Assembly (NCBI RefSeq): GCF_010820565.1
Contig: NZ_JAAIJQ010000003.1
Coordinates: 19,251-83,250, forward strand
Direction: 5' to 3'
Source: Thiorhodococcus minor
Lineage (GTDB): Bacteria > Pseudomonadota > Gammaproteobacteria > Chromatiales > Chromatiaceae
Length of the DNA stretch: 64,000 bases
Part shown: in pieces, positions 1 through 11,097 of the stretch
Numbering within the stretch: position 1 is the first letter of the stretch
How the letters are laid out: each line of letters begins with the position of its first letter
Position numbers and translations under genes: made by a program
The notes under the pieces: generated by a model
Databases searched by the model: none
Seen by the model: only the letters and a program-made list of their open reading frames with translations
Told to the model about the DNA's origin: nothing

Positions 1-2318
1 GCTCCATCGATCTCGGCCTGATCGCCGAGACGCAGCGCCAGCGCATGATCGCAGCGCTCTCACCCGACGGACGCGTCAGGGACCTGGAGCTGCGGCTCAC
101 CCGGGCGGACGGCGGGGTCATGGATTGCCTCTACAACGGGGAAGTCATCGAGATCGGCGGCGAGAAGAAGCTGCTCTCGATCGCCCATGACATCACCGAC
201 CTCAAGCGTGCCCAGCGTCAGATCGAGGCCGAGCGTGCGCGCGCGGAGCGTTATCTCGAGGTCGCCGGCAGCATCCTTCTGGCGCTCGACCGCACTGGCC
301 GCGTCACCCTCATCAACCCGAAAGGCTGCGAGGTCATCGGGCTCCCCGAGTCCGAGATCCTTGGCCGTGACTGGATCGCGCATTTCATCCCAGAGGAGGA
401 CAGAGGCGCGGTCGAGTCGACCCGTGGGCACCTCTTGCATGGCGACTTGCGGACCTCGGAGTACGTCGAGAGGCACCTGCTCACGGCTCAGGGAGAACGA
501 CGCCTCATCGCCTGGCACAACAGCCTGATTCGTGACACGGACGGCGAGGTCATCGGCACGCTCGCCTCCGGCGACGACGTGACCGAGCAGCGCGCGGCCG
601 AGCAGGCACTGCGCGAGGAGCGGTCCTTCCTGCAGCACGTCATCGACGGCATAGAGGACCCCATCCTCGTCGTCGACCGCGACCGCCGCGTCCTGCGTAT
701 GAACCAAGCCGCGCGGATGAAGGCCACCCAGGTCGCCGCCGCACATTCCGAGCTCAGATGTCATGAGCTGCTCTATCAGAGCCATGAGCCCTGTAATTCG
801 GATGCCCGCCGCTGCCCGCTGCATCGCGTCCTGGAAACCGGCAAGCCCTGCAAGACGCTGCACTCCATCACCGGCATGGGCGGCGAGCGCACGCACGAGG
901 TCGCGGCCAGCCCGCTGCGCAGCGAGGACGGGGCCATCCAGGGCGTCATCGAGATCTCGCATGACATCACCGACCACCTGGAGCTGCTGGAGGCCCTCCA
1001 TGCCCAGGATCTGCGCTATGCCCATCTGGCGCAGTACGATCCCCTCACCGAGCTGCCCAACCGCTTCCTCTTCTCGGACCGCTTGAGCCAGGCCATCCAG
1101 GTGGCACAGCGCAGCCGCTCGAAGCTGGCGGTGCTCTTCCTGGATCTCGACCAGTTCAAACAAATCAACGACAGCTTCGATCACAGCGACGGCGATGCCG
1201 TCCTCATCGCCCTGGCGCGGCGGCTGGAGGGCCTGCTGCGAGGCGCCGATACACTCGCACGCATGGGCGGGGACGAGTTCAGCATCATCCTCAGCGACAT
1301 CAAGCACGATGAAGACGCCGCCAAGGTGGCGCGCGCGATGCTGGCGCTCTTCAAGAGCCCCTTCGAGATCCGCGGCCATCGGCTGTTTCTCGGCGCCAGT
1401 ATCGGCATCAGCCTCTACCCGGAGCACGGCACGACCACGGAGGACCTGGTGCGCAACGCGGACGCCGCCCTGTTTCGCGCCAAGGCCGAGGGGCGCAACA
1501 ACTTTCAGTACTACTCGCAAGACCTCACGGCCAAGGCCTTCGAGCGCATCCTGCTGGAGTCCAGCCTCCACGACGCCATCGCCAATCAGGAGCTGGTGCT
1601 CCACTACCAGCCGCAGCTGCACCTCCCCAGCCGCAAGGTCTGCGGCGTCGAGGCCCTTGTCCGCTGGCAGCACCCGAGCATGGGACTGGTCCCGCCCGAT
1701 CGCTTCATTCCACTAGCCGAATCCACCGGGCTGATCGTGCCCATGGGCGAATGGGTCCTGCGCGAGGCCTGCGTCCAGATGGGGCACTGGCTGCAGTCCG
1801 GAAAACTGCCCCACGACGCCCTCATGGGGGTGAACCTCTCGGCGCGGCAGCTCGCACAGGAAGACCTGGTCGACAAGGTTCAGGATGCGATCGAGGCGGC
1901 CGGCCTCTCTCCCACCAATCTGGAGCTGGAGATCACAGAGACCAGCGTCATGGCCTCACCGGAGCTCTCGGCCTCGCGCCTGGGTCGTTTGCGCGACCTC
2001 GGCGTGAAACTGGCGATGGACGATTTCGGGACCGGCTACTCCTCGCTGTCTTATCTCAAGCAGCTACCGCTCACCAAGCTCAAGATCGACCGCTCCTTCG
2101 TCTCCGACATTCCAGAGGACGCCAATGACACGGCCATCGCCAAGGCCATCATCGCGCTCGGCGAGAGTCTTTCGCTCGAGGTCCTGGCCGAGGGGATCGA
2201 GACGGAGAGCCAGCGCGACTTCTTGATCGAGGAAGGCTGCGAGACGGGCCAGGGCTACCTCTTCTCGAGACCCCTCCCCCCAGCCGATTTGGAGCGACTT
2301 CTCGCGGGTGACGGCTGA
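1..2318 (+). CDS. PAS/PAS-GGDEF-EAL signalling protein (c-di-GMP turnover), 5' end truncated by window edge
   Basis: Open frame continues to nt 3 with no upstream stop. GGDEF motif is intact (RMGGDEFSI); EAL motif (EALVRW) and downstream DDFGTGYSSL are present. Upstream PAS-like repeats. Confidence 0.85.
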   Translation, partial: SIDLGLIAETQRQRMIAALSPDGRVRDLELRLTRADGGVMDCLYNGEVIEIGGEKKLLSIAHDITDLKRAQRQIEAERARAERYLEVAGSILLALDRTGRVTLINPKGCEVIGLPESEILGRDWIAHFIPEEDRGAVESTRGHLLHGDLRTSEYVERHLLTAQGERRLIAWHNSLIRDTDGEVIGTLASGDDVTEQRAAEQALREERSFLQHVIDGIEDPILVVDRDRRVLRMNQAARMKATQVAAAHSELRCHELLYQSHEPCNSDARRCPLHRVLETGKPCKTLHSITGMGGERTHEVAASPLRSEDGAIQGVIEISHDITDHLELLEALHAQDLRYAHLAQYDPLTELPNRFLFSDRLSQAIQVAQRSRSKLAVLFLDLDQFKQINDSFDHSDGDAVLIALARRLEGLLRGADTLARMGGDEFSIILSDIKHDEDAAKVARAMLALFKSPFEIRGHRLFLGASIGISLYPEHGTTTEDLVRNADAALFRAKAEGRNNFQYYSQDLTAKAFERILLESSLHDAIANQELVLHYQPQLHLPSRKVCGVEALVRWQHPSMGLVPPDRFIPLAESTGLIVPMGEWVLREACVQMGHWLQSGKLPHDALMGVNLSARQLAQEDLVDKVQDAIEAAGLSPTNLELEITETSVMASPELSASRLGRLRDLGVKLAMDDFGTGYSSLSYLKQLPLTKLKIDRSFVSDIPEDANDTAIAKAIIALGESLSLEVLAEGIETESQRDFLIEEGCETGQGYLFSRPLPPADLERLLAGDG

Positions 2319-2604
2319 CCGCGCTTTCTGGGATGGTCGTGAAGAGAGCTACCAGCCATTAGCGAAGGAAGTGTCCGTCAACTGCCTCCCGCTGTTCTGG
2401 TCACGAAGCTCCTGCTTCGTGACCTCGGCGACGAAGCTCTGCTTCACGACGCCGAGCACTTCCGGCCCCTGCACCAGGCCGAAAGCAGGGCTTACCCTCA
2501 GACCCGCGAAGCGGAGCTTCGTCTCGCGGGTGACGCAGCTGGAGCTGCGTCACCAGAGACCCAAATCGGGAAACAAGACATGGACGGCTCCTAAAGAGTG
2601 CACC

Positions 2605-2673
2605 GGCGGCTGGCGGCTGGCGGCTGGCGGCTGGCGGCTGGCGGCTGGCGGCTGGCGGCTGGCGGCTGGCGGC
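2605..2673. repeat. Perfect heptanucleotide microsatellite (GGCGGCT)x~10, a rotation of GCTGGCG
   Basis: Direct reading: ggcggctggcggctggcggct... through 2673. Lies in the convergent 3' intergenic space between two GGDEF/EAL genes. Confidence 0.9.
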
Positions 2674-2720
2674 CATTTGTAGCCTGATGGATGCGCATCG
2701 GCCAAACCTTGGTTTCTATT

Positions 2721-2747
2721 CGCCTCCTTCGCGCCTTTGCGGCTCGA
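2721..2747. repeat. Solo arm of repeat family 2 (cttcgcgcctttgcggYtc type)
   Basis: cgcctccttcgcgcctttgcggctcga matches the right arms at 47918-47944 and 54179-54206. Confidence 0.4.
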
Positions 2748-2782
2748 TAGGCCGATTCGGGATCAGCGAGGCCCGCACTGGC

Positions 2783-5542
2783 TCACTGGCAGGAGGCGAT
2801 CGCCCAGCTTCCCCCGTCCGTCGTCAGCGGGACTTGCGGCAGCGACAGCGCATCGATGGGCACGGGCTTGCCGAATAAGTACCCCTGAAAAAGCTCGCAG
2901 CCGTGCTGCAGAAGGAAATCGCGCTGCTCGACCGTTTCCACGCCCTCGGCGACGACATTGAGTCCGAGCGACTGGCTCATGGCCAGCACGGCGCGCACGA
3001 TGGCGGCATCGTTGTGGTCGCGCACGATGTCGCGCACGAAGGCCTGGTCGATCTTGACCTGGTCGAGCGGCAGGCGCTTGAGATAGGACAGCGAGGAATA
3101 GCCGGTCCCGAAGTCGTCCAGCGAAAAGCCCAGGCCGAGCATCTTTAGATTGCGCATACGGGCGATGACCTGCTCCACGCGATCGAGCACGACACTCTCG
3201 GTCAGCTCGAGCTTCAGCCGCGTCGCGTCGATGCCTGAAATGGCGACCGTTTCGCGAACCTGTGAAACCAAGTCCGGCTGGTGGAATTGGCGGGCGCTGA
3301 CGTTGACCGAGAGTGTCAGCCCCCGCATACGCGGATCTTCCTGCCAGAGACGCAGCTGGGCACAGGCCTGCTCGAGCACCCAATACCCGATCGGAATGAT
3401 GAGACCTGTCTCCTCCGCCAAGGGGATGAAGCGTACCGGCGAGACCGGCTCGCCATCGGGCGGGAGCCAGCGCAGCAGCGCCTCGGCGCCGACGAGGCGG
3501 CCGTAGCGGTCGACCTGCGGCTGATAGTAGAGCTGGAGCTCGTCGCACTCGATGGCGCACCTCAGGGCTGCTTCCAGCGTGGCCCGCGCCTCGATCGCCG
3601 CCTGCATGTCGGGATTGAAGAAGCGCACCGTGTTGCGACCGGCATTCTTGGCCTGATAAAGGGCGACGTCCGCCTGCTTGAGGATCTGGTCGACGCTCAG
3701 CTCCTGTCCGCAGAACAGCGCGACGCCGACGCTGGCCGCGCTGTGGTGGAGACTGCGGCCTTCGACCAGCGCATAGGGACGATCGAGCACGCGATGGATC
3801 TTCTCCGCGATCTGCTCCGCCTGCAGCGCGGCCTCCGCCTGGACCGTGCCCAGCTCTCCGGCGACGATGACGTACTCGTCCCCACCGATGCGCGCCACTG
3901 TATCGTCGGCCCTCACGCGTGCCGTGAGGCGGCGCGCGACCTCGGCCAGCAGCCGGTCCCCAACGTCGTGTCCCTGAGTGTCGTTGAGATCCTTGAAGTG
4001 ATCCAGATCCAGCATCAGCAGCGCCCCGTACTCCTGCCTGCGGCTCCCGGCCGCCATCAGCTGACTCAGGCGGTCGAGCAGGAGTCGACGGTTGGGCAGG
4101 CCGGTCAGGGGATCGAAGTAGGCGAGGCTGTGGATCTGCTCTTCCGCGCGCTTGCGCTCCGTAATGTCGACGCAGAAGCCCATGACGAGCTGACCCGGCA
4201 AGGTGATGGCGCGCAGACTGCCCACGATCTGACTCCCGTCCTTGCGGCGCAGATCGATCTCCAGCTCATAGCGCCCCTTGTCGAGCACCTGCTCGAGCGT
4301 GCGCAGATGCTCGTGCCTGGCATCGGGCGGCGCCAGGTCCGTCACGCTCATCCCGAGCAGCTCGGCGCTCGCATAGCCAACCATGTCGCAGGCCGAGGGA
4401 TTGACGTCGACGAGCCGACCCGCGCTATCCGCGACGAAGACCCCCTCAGGCGCATGCTCGATGTAGGTGCGATAGCGCTCCTCGCTCTCGCGCAGCCGCG
4501 TCTCGAGCGCCTTGCGTCGTGCGATCTCGGCGGTCAGCGCATCATTGCGCCCCTGCAGCTCGGCCCGGTTGCGGTTGGACTCGATGACATCCGCCTCGAG
4601 CCGCCGGGCACGCCGGCGCATGCGCGCGATCACCAGCACCACGGCGACCAGGATGACCGGCACCATGCTGGCGAAGTAGAGAAAGGCGCGCGAGGTGATG
4701 TGTCCGTAAAGCACGGACCCCGGCAGCAGGGTCACGACGGACAGCACCCCTTGGGCCACTGGTACCCTTAGAGCCAGGTCGAAGGCTTCCGACAGCACCG
4801 TGTCGGAGAGCGCCGGGAGGCCGTCCAAGGAGACCAGCGTCTCCGGGGGGATCTCGGTCAGGCTGAGCAAGCCGGACGCATCTGGCAGCGCCTTGCCGGG
4901 CTGATTGAGCGGCCTTCCCGATGCGGTGACCAAGAGCTGGCGAAAACCCAGCTCTTGCGCTGAAGAGGTCAGGTAGCGCGAGAGCAGATCGAGCCGCGAA
5001 AGGGTCACCACCTTCCCGCTCGGATTGCCGCGATACATGACGGGCGCGGAGGCCAAGATCCTGCCGTGCTCCTCGTCGATCAGCAGGCGCTCGCTCGGTG
5101 CGCCTGCGGCGAGATGCGGATCCAGGGGCGCCCCGGGCCGCGTATCGGCGAGCAGCGTCCCATCCTGGTCGAAATAGAGAATGCGCGCGTAGACGGGCGC
5201 GCCGAGAAGCCGCTTCTGCGCCAGCTTGGCCTGGAAGCTCGCCTCGAGCGCGGCCAGGTTGGCATTGAGGCCATAGCGCATGGACATGCCCAAGGCCCGA
5301 TTGGTGAGGAAGGTCTCGATCTCGTGGATCTCGGTCAGGTCGGCGGCGAAGCGACGCAGATCCTCGAGGAAGTCCCCCATCAGGACCGCCGTCTGGTGTG
5401 ACTCTGCGAGCAGGCGTGCCTCGGCCGCGTCACGGAGCTGGCTCTGTGACCTATAGGCGTTGCTGAGGAGGACGACCAGATAGCAGGACAAGACGGCGGC
5501 CGCCAGCACCATCCAATGGCGGCGTAGGGGCAGGAATGGCAC
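2783..5542 (-). CDS. Membrane-bound sensor diguanylate cyclase/phosphodiesterase (TM - periplasmic domain - TM - PAS - GGDEF - EAL)
   Basis: 919 aa; two hydrophobic segments flank a ~270-aa periplasmic region. Contains RIGGDEYVIV, EALLRW and DDFGTGYSSLSYL. Start is 16 nt downstream of the binding-protein gene stop. Confidence 0.85.
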   Translation of the reverse strand: MPFLPLRRHWMVLAAAVLSCYLVVLLSNAYRSQSQLRDAAEARLLAESHQTAVLMGDFLEDLRRFAADLTEIHEIETFLTNRALGMSMRYGLNANLAALEASFQAKLAQKRLLGAPVYARILYFDQDGTLLADTRPGAPLDPHLAAGAPSERLLIDEEHGRILASAPVMYRGNPSGKVVTLSRLDLLSRYLTSSAQELGFRQLLVTASGRPLNQPGKALPDASGLLSLTEIPPETLVSLDGLPALSDTVLSEAFDLALRVPVAQGVLSVVTLLPGSVLYGHITSRAFLYFASMVPVILVAVVLVIARMRRRARRLEADVIESNRNRAELQGRNDALTAEIARRKALETRLRESEERYRTYIEHAPEGVFVADSAGRLVDVNPSACDMVGYASAELLGMSVTDLAPPDARHEHLRTLEQVLDKGRYELEIDLRRKDGSQIVGSLRAITLPGQLVMGFCVDITERKRAEEQIHSLAYFDPLTGLPNRRLLLDRLSQLMAAGSRRQEYGALLMLDLDHFKDLNDTQGHDVGDRLLAEVARRLTARVRADDTVARIGGDEYVIVAGELGTVQAEAALQAEQIAEKIHRVLDRPYALVEGRSLHHSAASVGVALFCGQELSVDQILKQADVALYQAKNAGRNTVRFFNPDMQAAIEARATLEAALRCAIECDELQLYYQPQVDRYGRLVGAEALLRWLPPDGEPVSPVRFIPLAEETGLIIPIGYWVLEQACAQLRLWQEDPRMRGLTLSVNVSARQFHQPDLVSQVRETVAISGIDATRLKLELTESVVLDRVEQVIARMRNLKMLGLGFSLDDFGTGYSSLSYLKRLPLDQVKIDQAFVRDIVRDHNDAAIVRAVLAMSQSLGLNVVAEGVETVEQRDFLLQHGCELFQGYLFGKPVPIDALSLPQVPLTTDGGSWAIASCQ

Positions 5543-5557
5543 GGCGGTCGCTCCCCT

Positions 5558-6451
5558 CTAATCCTGCTTGGCGAAGAAGGCGGGGAAGTAGCGCTGAACG
5601 CCGGGATAGTACTTGCTGACCAATCGATCGTAGGCCCCGTCCTCCTTGATCTTCCGCAGGTAGGCATTGAAGGCATCGCGCAGCTGAGGGGCATCCTTGG
5701 GGAAGGCGGCGGCAAGCACCTGCTCCTCGGAGATGGGGCCGATCACCTTGAAGGCGCCCGCCCACTTCTGCATGTCGAGAATGAGGTCGGGGACATCGAG
5801 CAGTGACAGATCGGCATCCAGCTGGAGCAGGGCCGGGACCATCTCGTTGATGTTGGTGCTCTTGGTGTAGGCACGCAGCTCGAGATCGCGGCCCTTGAGA
5901 CCATAATTGGCCGGGTCGAGACAGGTCCTTTCCATGACCAGCAGACTCTGCTTGCCAATGAGTGCCTTGGTCTCGCGAATGTCTGCGCTGAGATCGTCGC
6001 TGCCGGCAATAGGCTGAATGGGCGAGTCGGCGCGGGCGATCAGCATCACCTGCGACGGAAAGGTCGGCTCGGAATAGAGCAAGATCTGCTCGCGCCAGGG
6101 CAGGACGGTGAATCCCGTCGCGATCATGTCACCCTTGACGGGATAGTCCCCCTCCAGGCGGACACTGTCTCCGGAGCGCAGGACATCCTTGCCGAGCAGG
6201 TCCCGAATGACCGAATAGAAATCGCTGTAGATCAGCTTGTAATCGACGCCGAGATGTCTGGCGAATCCCTGTGCCAGCTCGGCATCGAAGCCATCGCCGG
6301 CGCCGGTGACGAAGTTGGCGTAACGGATCCCGAGATGGCGCAGCTCGCCCCTCGCCTTGATCTCGGGCAGATCCGCGGCGGCAAGCGGCAGGCTCATAAG
6401 AGCCAAGGGGACGAAAAGCAGCAGGAGCGAGCGAAGGCGGTTCGAGGTCAT
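5558..6451 (-). CDS. Periplasmic solute-binding protein (family 3-like), co-operonic with sensor GGDEF/EAL
   Basis: Signal peptide MTSNRLRSLLLLFVPLALMSLPLAAA followed by a binding-protein-like fold. Internal start chosen at the signal peptide; the track ORF extends to 6526 with a GTG/alternative start. Confidence 0.7.
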   Translation of the reverse strand: MTSNRLRSLLLLFVPLALMSLPLAAADLPEIKARGELRHLGIRYANFVTGAGDGFDAELAQGFARHLGVDYKLIYSDFYSVIRDLLGKDVLRSGDSVRLEGDYPVKGDMIATGFTVLPWREQILLYSEPTFPSQVMLIARADSPIQPIAGSDDLSADIRETKALIGKQSLLVMERTCLDPANYGLKGRDLELRAYTKSTNINEMVPALLQLDADLSLLDVPDLILDMQKWAGAFKVIGPISEEQVLAAAFPKDAPQLRDAFNAYLRKIKEDGAYDRLVSKYYPGVQRYFPAFFAKQD

Positions 6452-7404
6452 CCTCTCCCTGTCCTCCCGTATCGTTCGATAACGAGTCCTGATCCGCAAA
6501 GCGAGTCTGGGGACACGACGAAACACCGCGGACGTGCCGAGCGAAGCGAGCCAGGCTCGGCACCTTGCGCTAGACGCCCTGTGGAGCGGCGCGAAGATCG
6601 GCAGCTCGCCGAAACCGGTCGCACAGGGCTCGAGATGATTGGCTCATCCATCTTGGCCGGCCGGAAAGCAGGTGGCCGGCGCTTTCAGCGCAGGTCAATG
6701 CTCGACCAGTGTGTATGTCGATGCTGTGCGCGCGGTCTCAAGCCTAAAGACCGACATTTTGTGGCCGCCAGCGCAACGCCCGCTTGACTCGGCGACGACG
6801 AGCACACCGCAAGATAAAAAGCAACCCATTGTTTTAATGGAATAAAATTTCACACGCCAGGAAAGCAGGCCGAATATCGACCAAATGGACGCAAGGCCCG
6901 CAATCCACGCTTGAGTGAGAATGTCCACGTCGAGTCGCCCATGCGGCCGCAGCCAGGCGACGCACAGCTGAGGACTACGGGCAAGTGTCAGAGGGACTAC
7001 ATCCTGACTTGCGGAGCCAGCTTCCGGGCACCAGCGTCGCCAAATCCTATGATTGAGGGCTCTTCGAGAAGACCAGTCGCTGACCGATCGCGTGACGGCA
7101 GCGCATCGGAAGGTAGCCCCAGCACGAAGCATTTCGATGAGTCGTCCAGCTTGGAGCCATCAATCTAATCGCCATAGGGCACCGGCCTGGGCGGGAAAGA
7201 ATGCCCGAAAATCACCCAGAGTGGTCACCGAGCCCATTGAGTCCAACGATGGCCCGGTCCCAGCAGGCGACGCAGGATTCCGATGGGCCAGTGACCGGAA
7301 TTGGTCGGCTGCTACTAGCGCGCGAGCGAGGGAATCCTGCTTCGCTAGGCCTCCGTTCCCTAGGGCTCCGACGGCTGCGTGCTTCAGTCGGGGGCACCTT
7401 GCGC

Positions 7405-8394
<990 letters not shown>

Positions 8395-8461
8395 CCAATG
8401 CTCCGGGAAAGCTTCTCGGGGAGGTCATACCCAAGGTTGATCCTGCGCCAAGGCAGAGTTG

Positions 8462-9631
8462 CTATGGCTGGGCGCTCAACTTGCCGCGACGCGGACCCTG
8501 GCGCAACTGCTGCAGCAGCATCGCCTGCTCGGTGAAGCCGCGCGCGTCATCGGGCTGAGCGAAGAGCGAGCGGTAGATGCGTTCTACCGATTCGCCGGTG
8601 AATGCGGCCAGTGCCTCGGCCTGAGCCTGAGACCCGTGCTGCGCAAGATCCGGATGGTGACGCAGCCAATCCCCCAAGATCCGCTTGCGGCTGGAGTCGA
8701 CCAGGGCGGTGGTCCCATTGTGACGCCACAGAAAATCGCCGCTGGCATCGAGATGCTCGATCAGGTCGCGCCGGCGCCGGTCGGGAGCCGTCACCAGGGG
8801 ACCCAGCCGCCGCCCCAAGGACCACAGCCAGACGACCGCGAGCACAGCGACCGAGGTCAAGGCATAGGGCGCGATGCCCCACAAGAGCGCACCCAGCCAA
8901 GGCATGTCGCTGTCGTAGAGCAGCCAGATCCTGCCGCCCTTCTCCGGGGCCAGAAGCTGGGCCGCGAAGTAGGCATGATCATGCTCGCCGATCGAGGTGT
9001 TCGTGAGGAAGCCGCTATCACTGAGAACCGTGAGCCTTCCCTCGCCGATCCGACGCTGCAGGATCCGCGGACGGCCCGCCGCAGCGGCCAGGATCTCATC
9101 CCCATCGCGCCCTTCCAGCGCGTAGCCGGACTGGAAGGCGACCTTCACAGGTCGCCCGGCGTCAGCCAGGTCCAGGGTCGCGATCCTGGTGCCATCATCG
9201 TCATCAGCCCCTTCGCCCGCGTCGAAGCGCAGCCGAAAGCCGAGATCAGTCAGCAAACCCGCGGGCGGGGTGTCTTCCTCCCAGGTCTCCATGGCCTCGA
9301 CGATCAGGTGCCCTCCCTGCTTCAGCCAAGCCATGAGGCGCGCCTGGCGCTCGGTGCTCATCGGCCCCACCCCCAGCACGACCAGCGTATCGGTCGCCGC
9401 CGGCAGATGCCACAGACGATCGCGGCCCGTGACGCTCTCGGCGGGCAGCTCAAGCGCCTTGAGGAAGCGCTCCGCGGCAAGCAGGGCGTTGCGTCTCGCC
9501 TCGGACGAATAGCCGACGGGGATGCGCTCGGTACGGCGCTCGAAGTTGGCGAAGAACCAGCTCACCATCGCCGTGACGGCGATCAGGACCAGGCCGCCGA
9601 CCACCAAGCTCAAGGCGCGTCGCTCGTCCAT
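8462..9631 (-). CDS. DUF4350-like membrane-anchored protein
   Basis: N- and C-terminal TM helices with a central ThuA/GATase1-like segment (LVVLGVGPMS...WLKQGGHLIV). Start placed at the TGATG overlap with the upstream stop, suggesting translational coupling. Confidence 0.5.
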   Translation of the reverse strand: MDERRALSLVVGGLVLIAVTAMVSWFFANFERRTERIPVGYSSEARRNALLAAERFLKALELPAESVTGRDRLWHLPAATDTLVVLGVGPMSTERQARLMAWLKQGGHLIVEAMETWEEDTPPAGLLTDLGFRLRFDAGEGADDDDGTRIATLDLADAGRPVKVAFQSGYALEGRDGDEILAAAAGRPRILQRRIGEGRLTVLSDSGFLTNTSIGEHDHAYFAAQLLAPEKGGRIWLLYDSDMPWLGALLWGIAPYALTSVAVLAVVWLWSLGRRLGPLVTAPDRRRRDLIEHLDASGDFLWRHNGTTALVDSSRKRILGDWLRHHPDLAQHGSQAQAEALAAFTGESVERIYRSLFAQPDDARGFTEQAMLLQQLRQGPRRGKLSAQP

Positions 9632-11097
9632 CAAGCCGCCTCCTCCCGCGCCTGTGCCGTCCATTGCGACCAAGCCTCGAGCAAGGATTCGACGCCGGCG
9701 TCGCTCGGCGCGCGGTGGGCATAGGCGAAGCCCCACCAAGCCTGGGTCACCCGCTTGAAGGGCGCCACCTCGGCTCGAGGCAGGGCGCGCCTGGCCAAGC
9801 GGAGACAGTCACCCTCGGTCGCACCCTCCGGGATCTCGACACCGAGCCGCCCGAGGTGCGCCAAGCTCGCGCGATAGAGCAGGGAGAGGGCGCCACGCCG
9901 ATCGCCATCACGCAGCCGCTGACGAACGGCCTGGGCGATATCATTGGGAAGGCTTGCCTCGACCATTGGCTCGGACTCGCTGACGGCCATCCGGCTTCGG
10001 CTGCGCACCCGGCGCAGCGACCAGCCCAGCCGACGCCGGTCGCGCAGGATTCTCAGCAGCAGCAAGAGGATTCCCGCGACGGCGAAGGCGAGCAGGATCC
10101 ACTTGAGCGAGCCCGCGACCATGAGCAGCACCGCCTTGACGCCCTCAGGGAGCCTGACGGGATCCTCTTCCTCGTCCGGGCTTTCGATCGGCACCCAAAC
10201 CTCGACCTCCTTGACCGATCCGAAGTCCGGGTCCTCCAGGACCTCTGCGATCAGGGCCTTGGCGCGATCGGGGTCAGGCATGGGAGCCGCGTCCACGCCA
10301 GGCGCGGTCAACAAACCGGCGCCAACGATCAAGAGCATGGCCGAAAGGCCGCGGGCACCCTTCGGCCCGCTTTCGCGCACCGTCTTGAAGGCCAGCTCCA
10401 GGTCCCAGGCCTCGAGCTCGGTACGCCGCGAGAAATAGAGCGCGAAGCCCGCGCAGACGTAAAAGGGCGCCACCATGGAGAAGGCGAAGACGTAGGCAAT
10501 GGCGCTGATCCAATAGGCCCAAGAGGCGTCGTCCGTGACGGCGGCCATGAGGTCGAGGCGCGGCAGCTCCTGCGGCACGAGGAAGAAGATACCCAGGAGG
10601 AGGCTGGCCCAGAGGATGATCTCGAAGTGGTAGCAGACCAGGGTCAGCCAGAAGGGCACGCCGCTGCCGTTGCTGATCACCCGCCGACGCTCCCGGGCGG
10701 CACGGCCCTGGAGCCCCTCCAGCAGGGTCAGCGGCATCAGGAAGGATCGGCGCATACCGATGCGCCGCCAGAGAAGATAGGGCAGCAGGCGTCTCGGCAC
10801 CCCGGCGCGGAAGAGCGTCCTGAGGTCCGACCACCCCAGCCGCTCGCCGAACAGTGCCCGGCTCGCCCAAATCAGCAAGGGCCCCTCGTAGACGGGCTTG
10901 AGCCACCAGAGGGCGAGCAGCCACAAGTCCGGCCGAAAACCGGTCAGGAAGAGACAGAGCACGCCGATCGGCAGGGCGCTCAGCCACCACAGCAGCCACA
11001 GCGGCAGGAGCCAGGCCCGGGCCATGGCGAAGCCGAGATCCTGCCCTTCCCAGCCATCGCGCGGGCGCAAGGCTGCCGTTGCACGATCAAGCTCCAT
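9631..11097 (-). CDS. Polytopic membrane protein with C-terminal DUF4129-like domain
   Basis: ~240-aa multi-TM N-terminus, then a soluble C-terminus (EGDCLRLARRALP...WWGFAYA) resembling DUF4129. Overlaps the SpoIIM-like gene by 11 nt. Confidence 0.5.
   Translation of the reverse strand: MELDRATAALRPRDGWEGQDLGFAMARAWLLPLWLLWWLSALPIGVLCLFLTGFRPDLWLLALWWLKPVYEGPLLIWASRALFGERLGWSDLRTLFRAGVPRRLLPYLLWRRIGMRRSFLMPLTLLEGLQGRAARERRRVISNGSGVPFWLTLVCYHFEIILWASLLLGIFFLVPQELPRLDLMAAVTDDASWAYWISAIAYVFAFSMVAPFYVCAGFALYFSRRTELEAWDLELAFKTVRESGPKGARGLSAMLLIVGAGLLTAPGVDAAPMPDPDRAKALIAEVLEDPDFGSVKEVEVWVPIESPDEEEDPVRLPEGVKAVLLMVAGSLKWILLAFAVAGILLLLLRILRDRRRLGWSLRRVRSRSRMAVSESEPMVEASLPNDIAQAVRQRLRDGDRRGALSLLYRASLAHLGRLGVEIPEGATEGDCLRLARRALPRAEVAPFKRVTQAWWGFAYAHRAPSDAGVESLLEAWSQWTAQAREEAA

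Noticed and set aside
2308-2682. ORFs translating the heptamer array as GGWRLAA or AASRQPP protein repeats
   Set aside because: The repeat lies beyond the stop codons of both flanking genes. The ORFs are created by the microsatellite itself and lack start context.
3281-4771. 496-aa plus-strand ORF
   Set aside because: Antisense shadow ORF inside the minus-strand GGDEF/EAL gene, typical of high-GC DNA. Low-complexity Arg/Ala/Leu-rich translation with no motifs.
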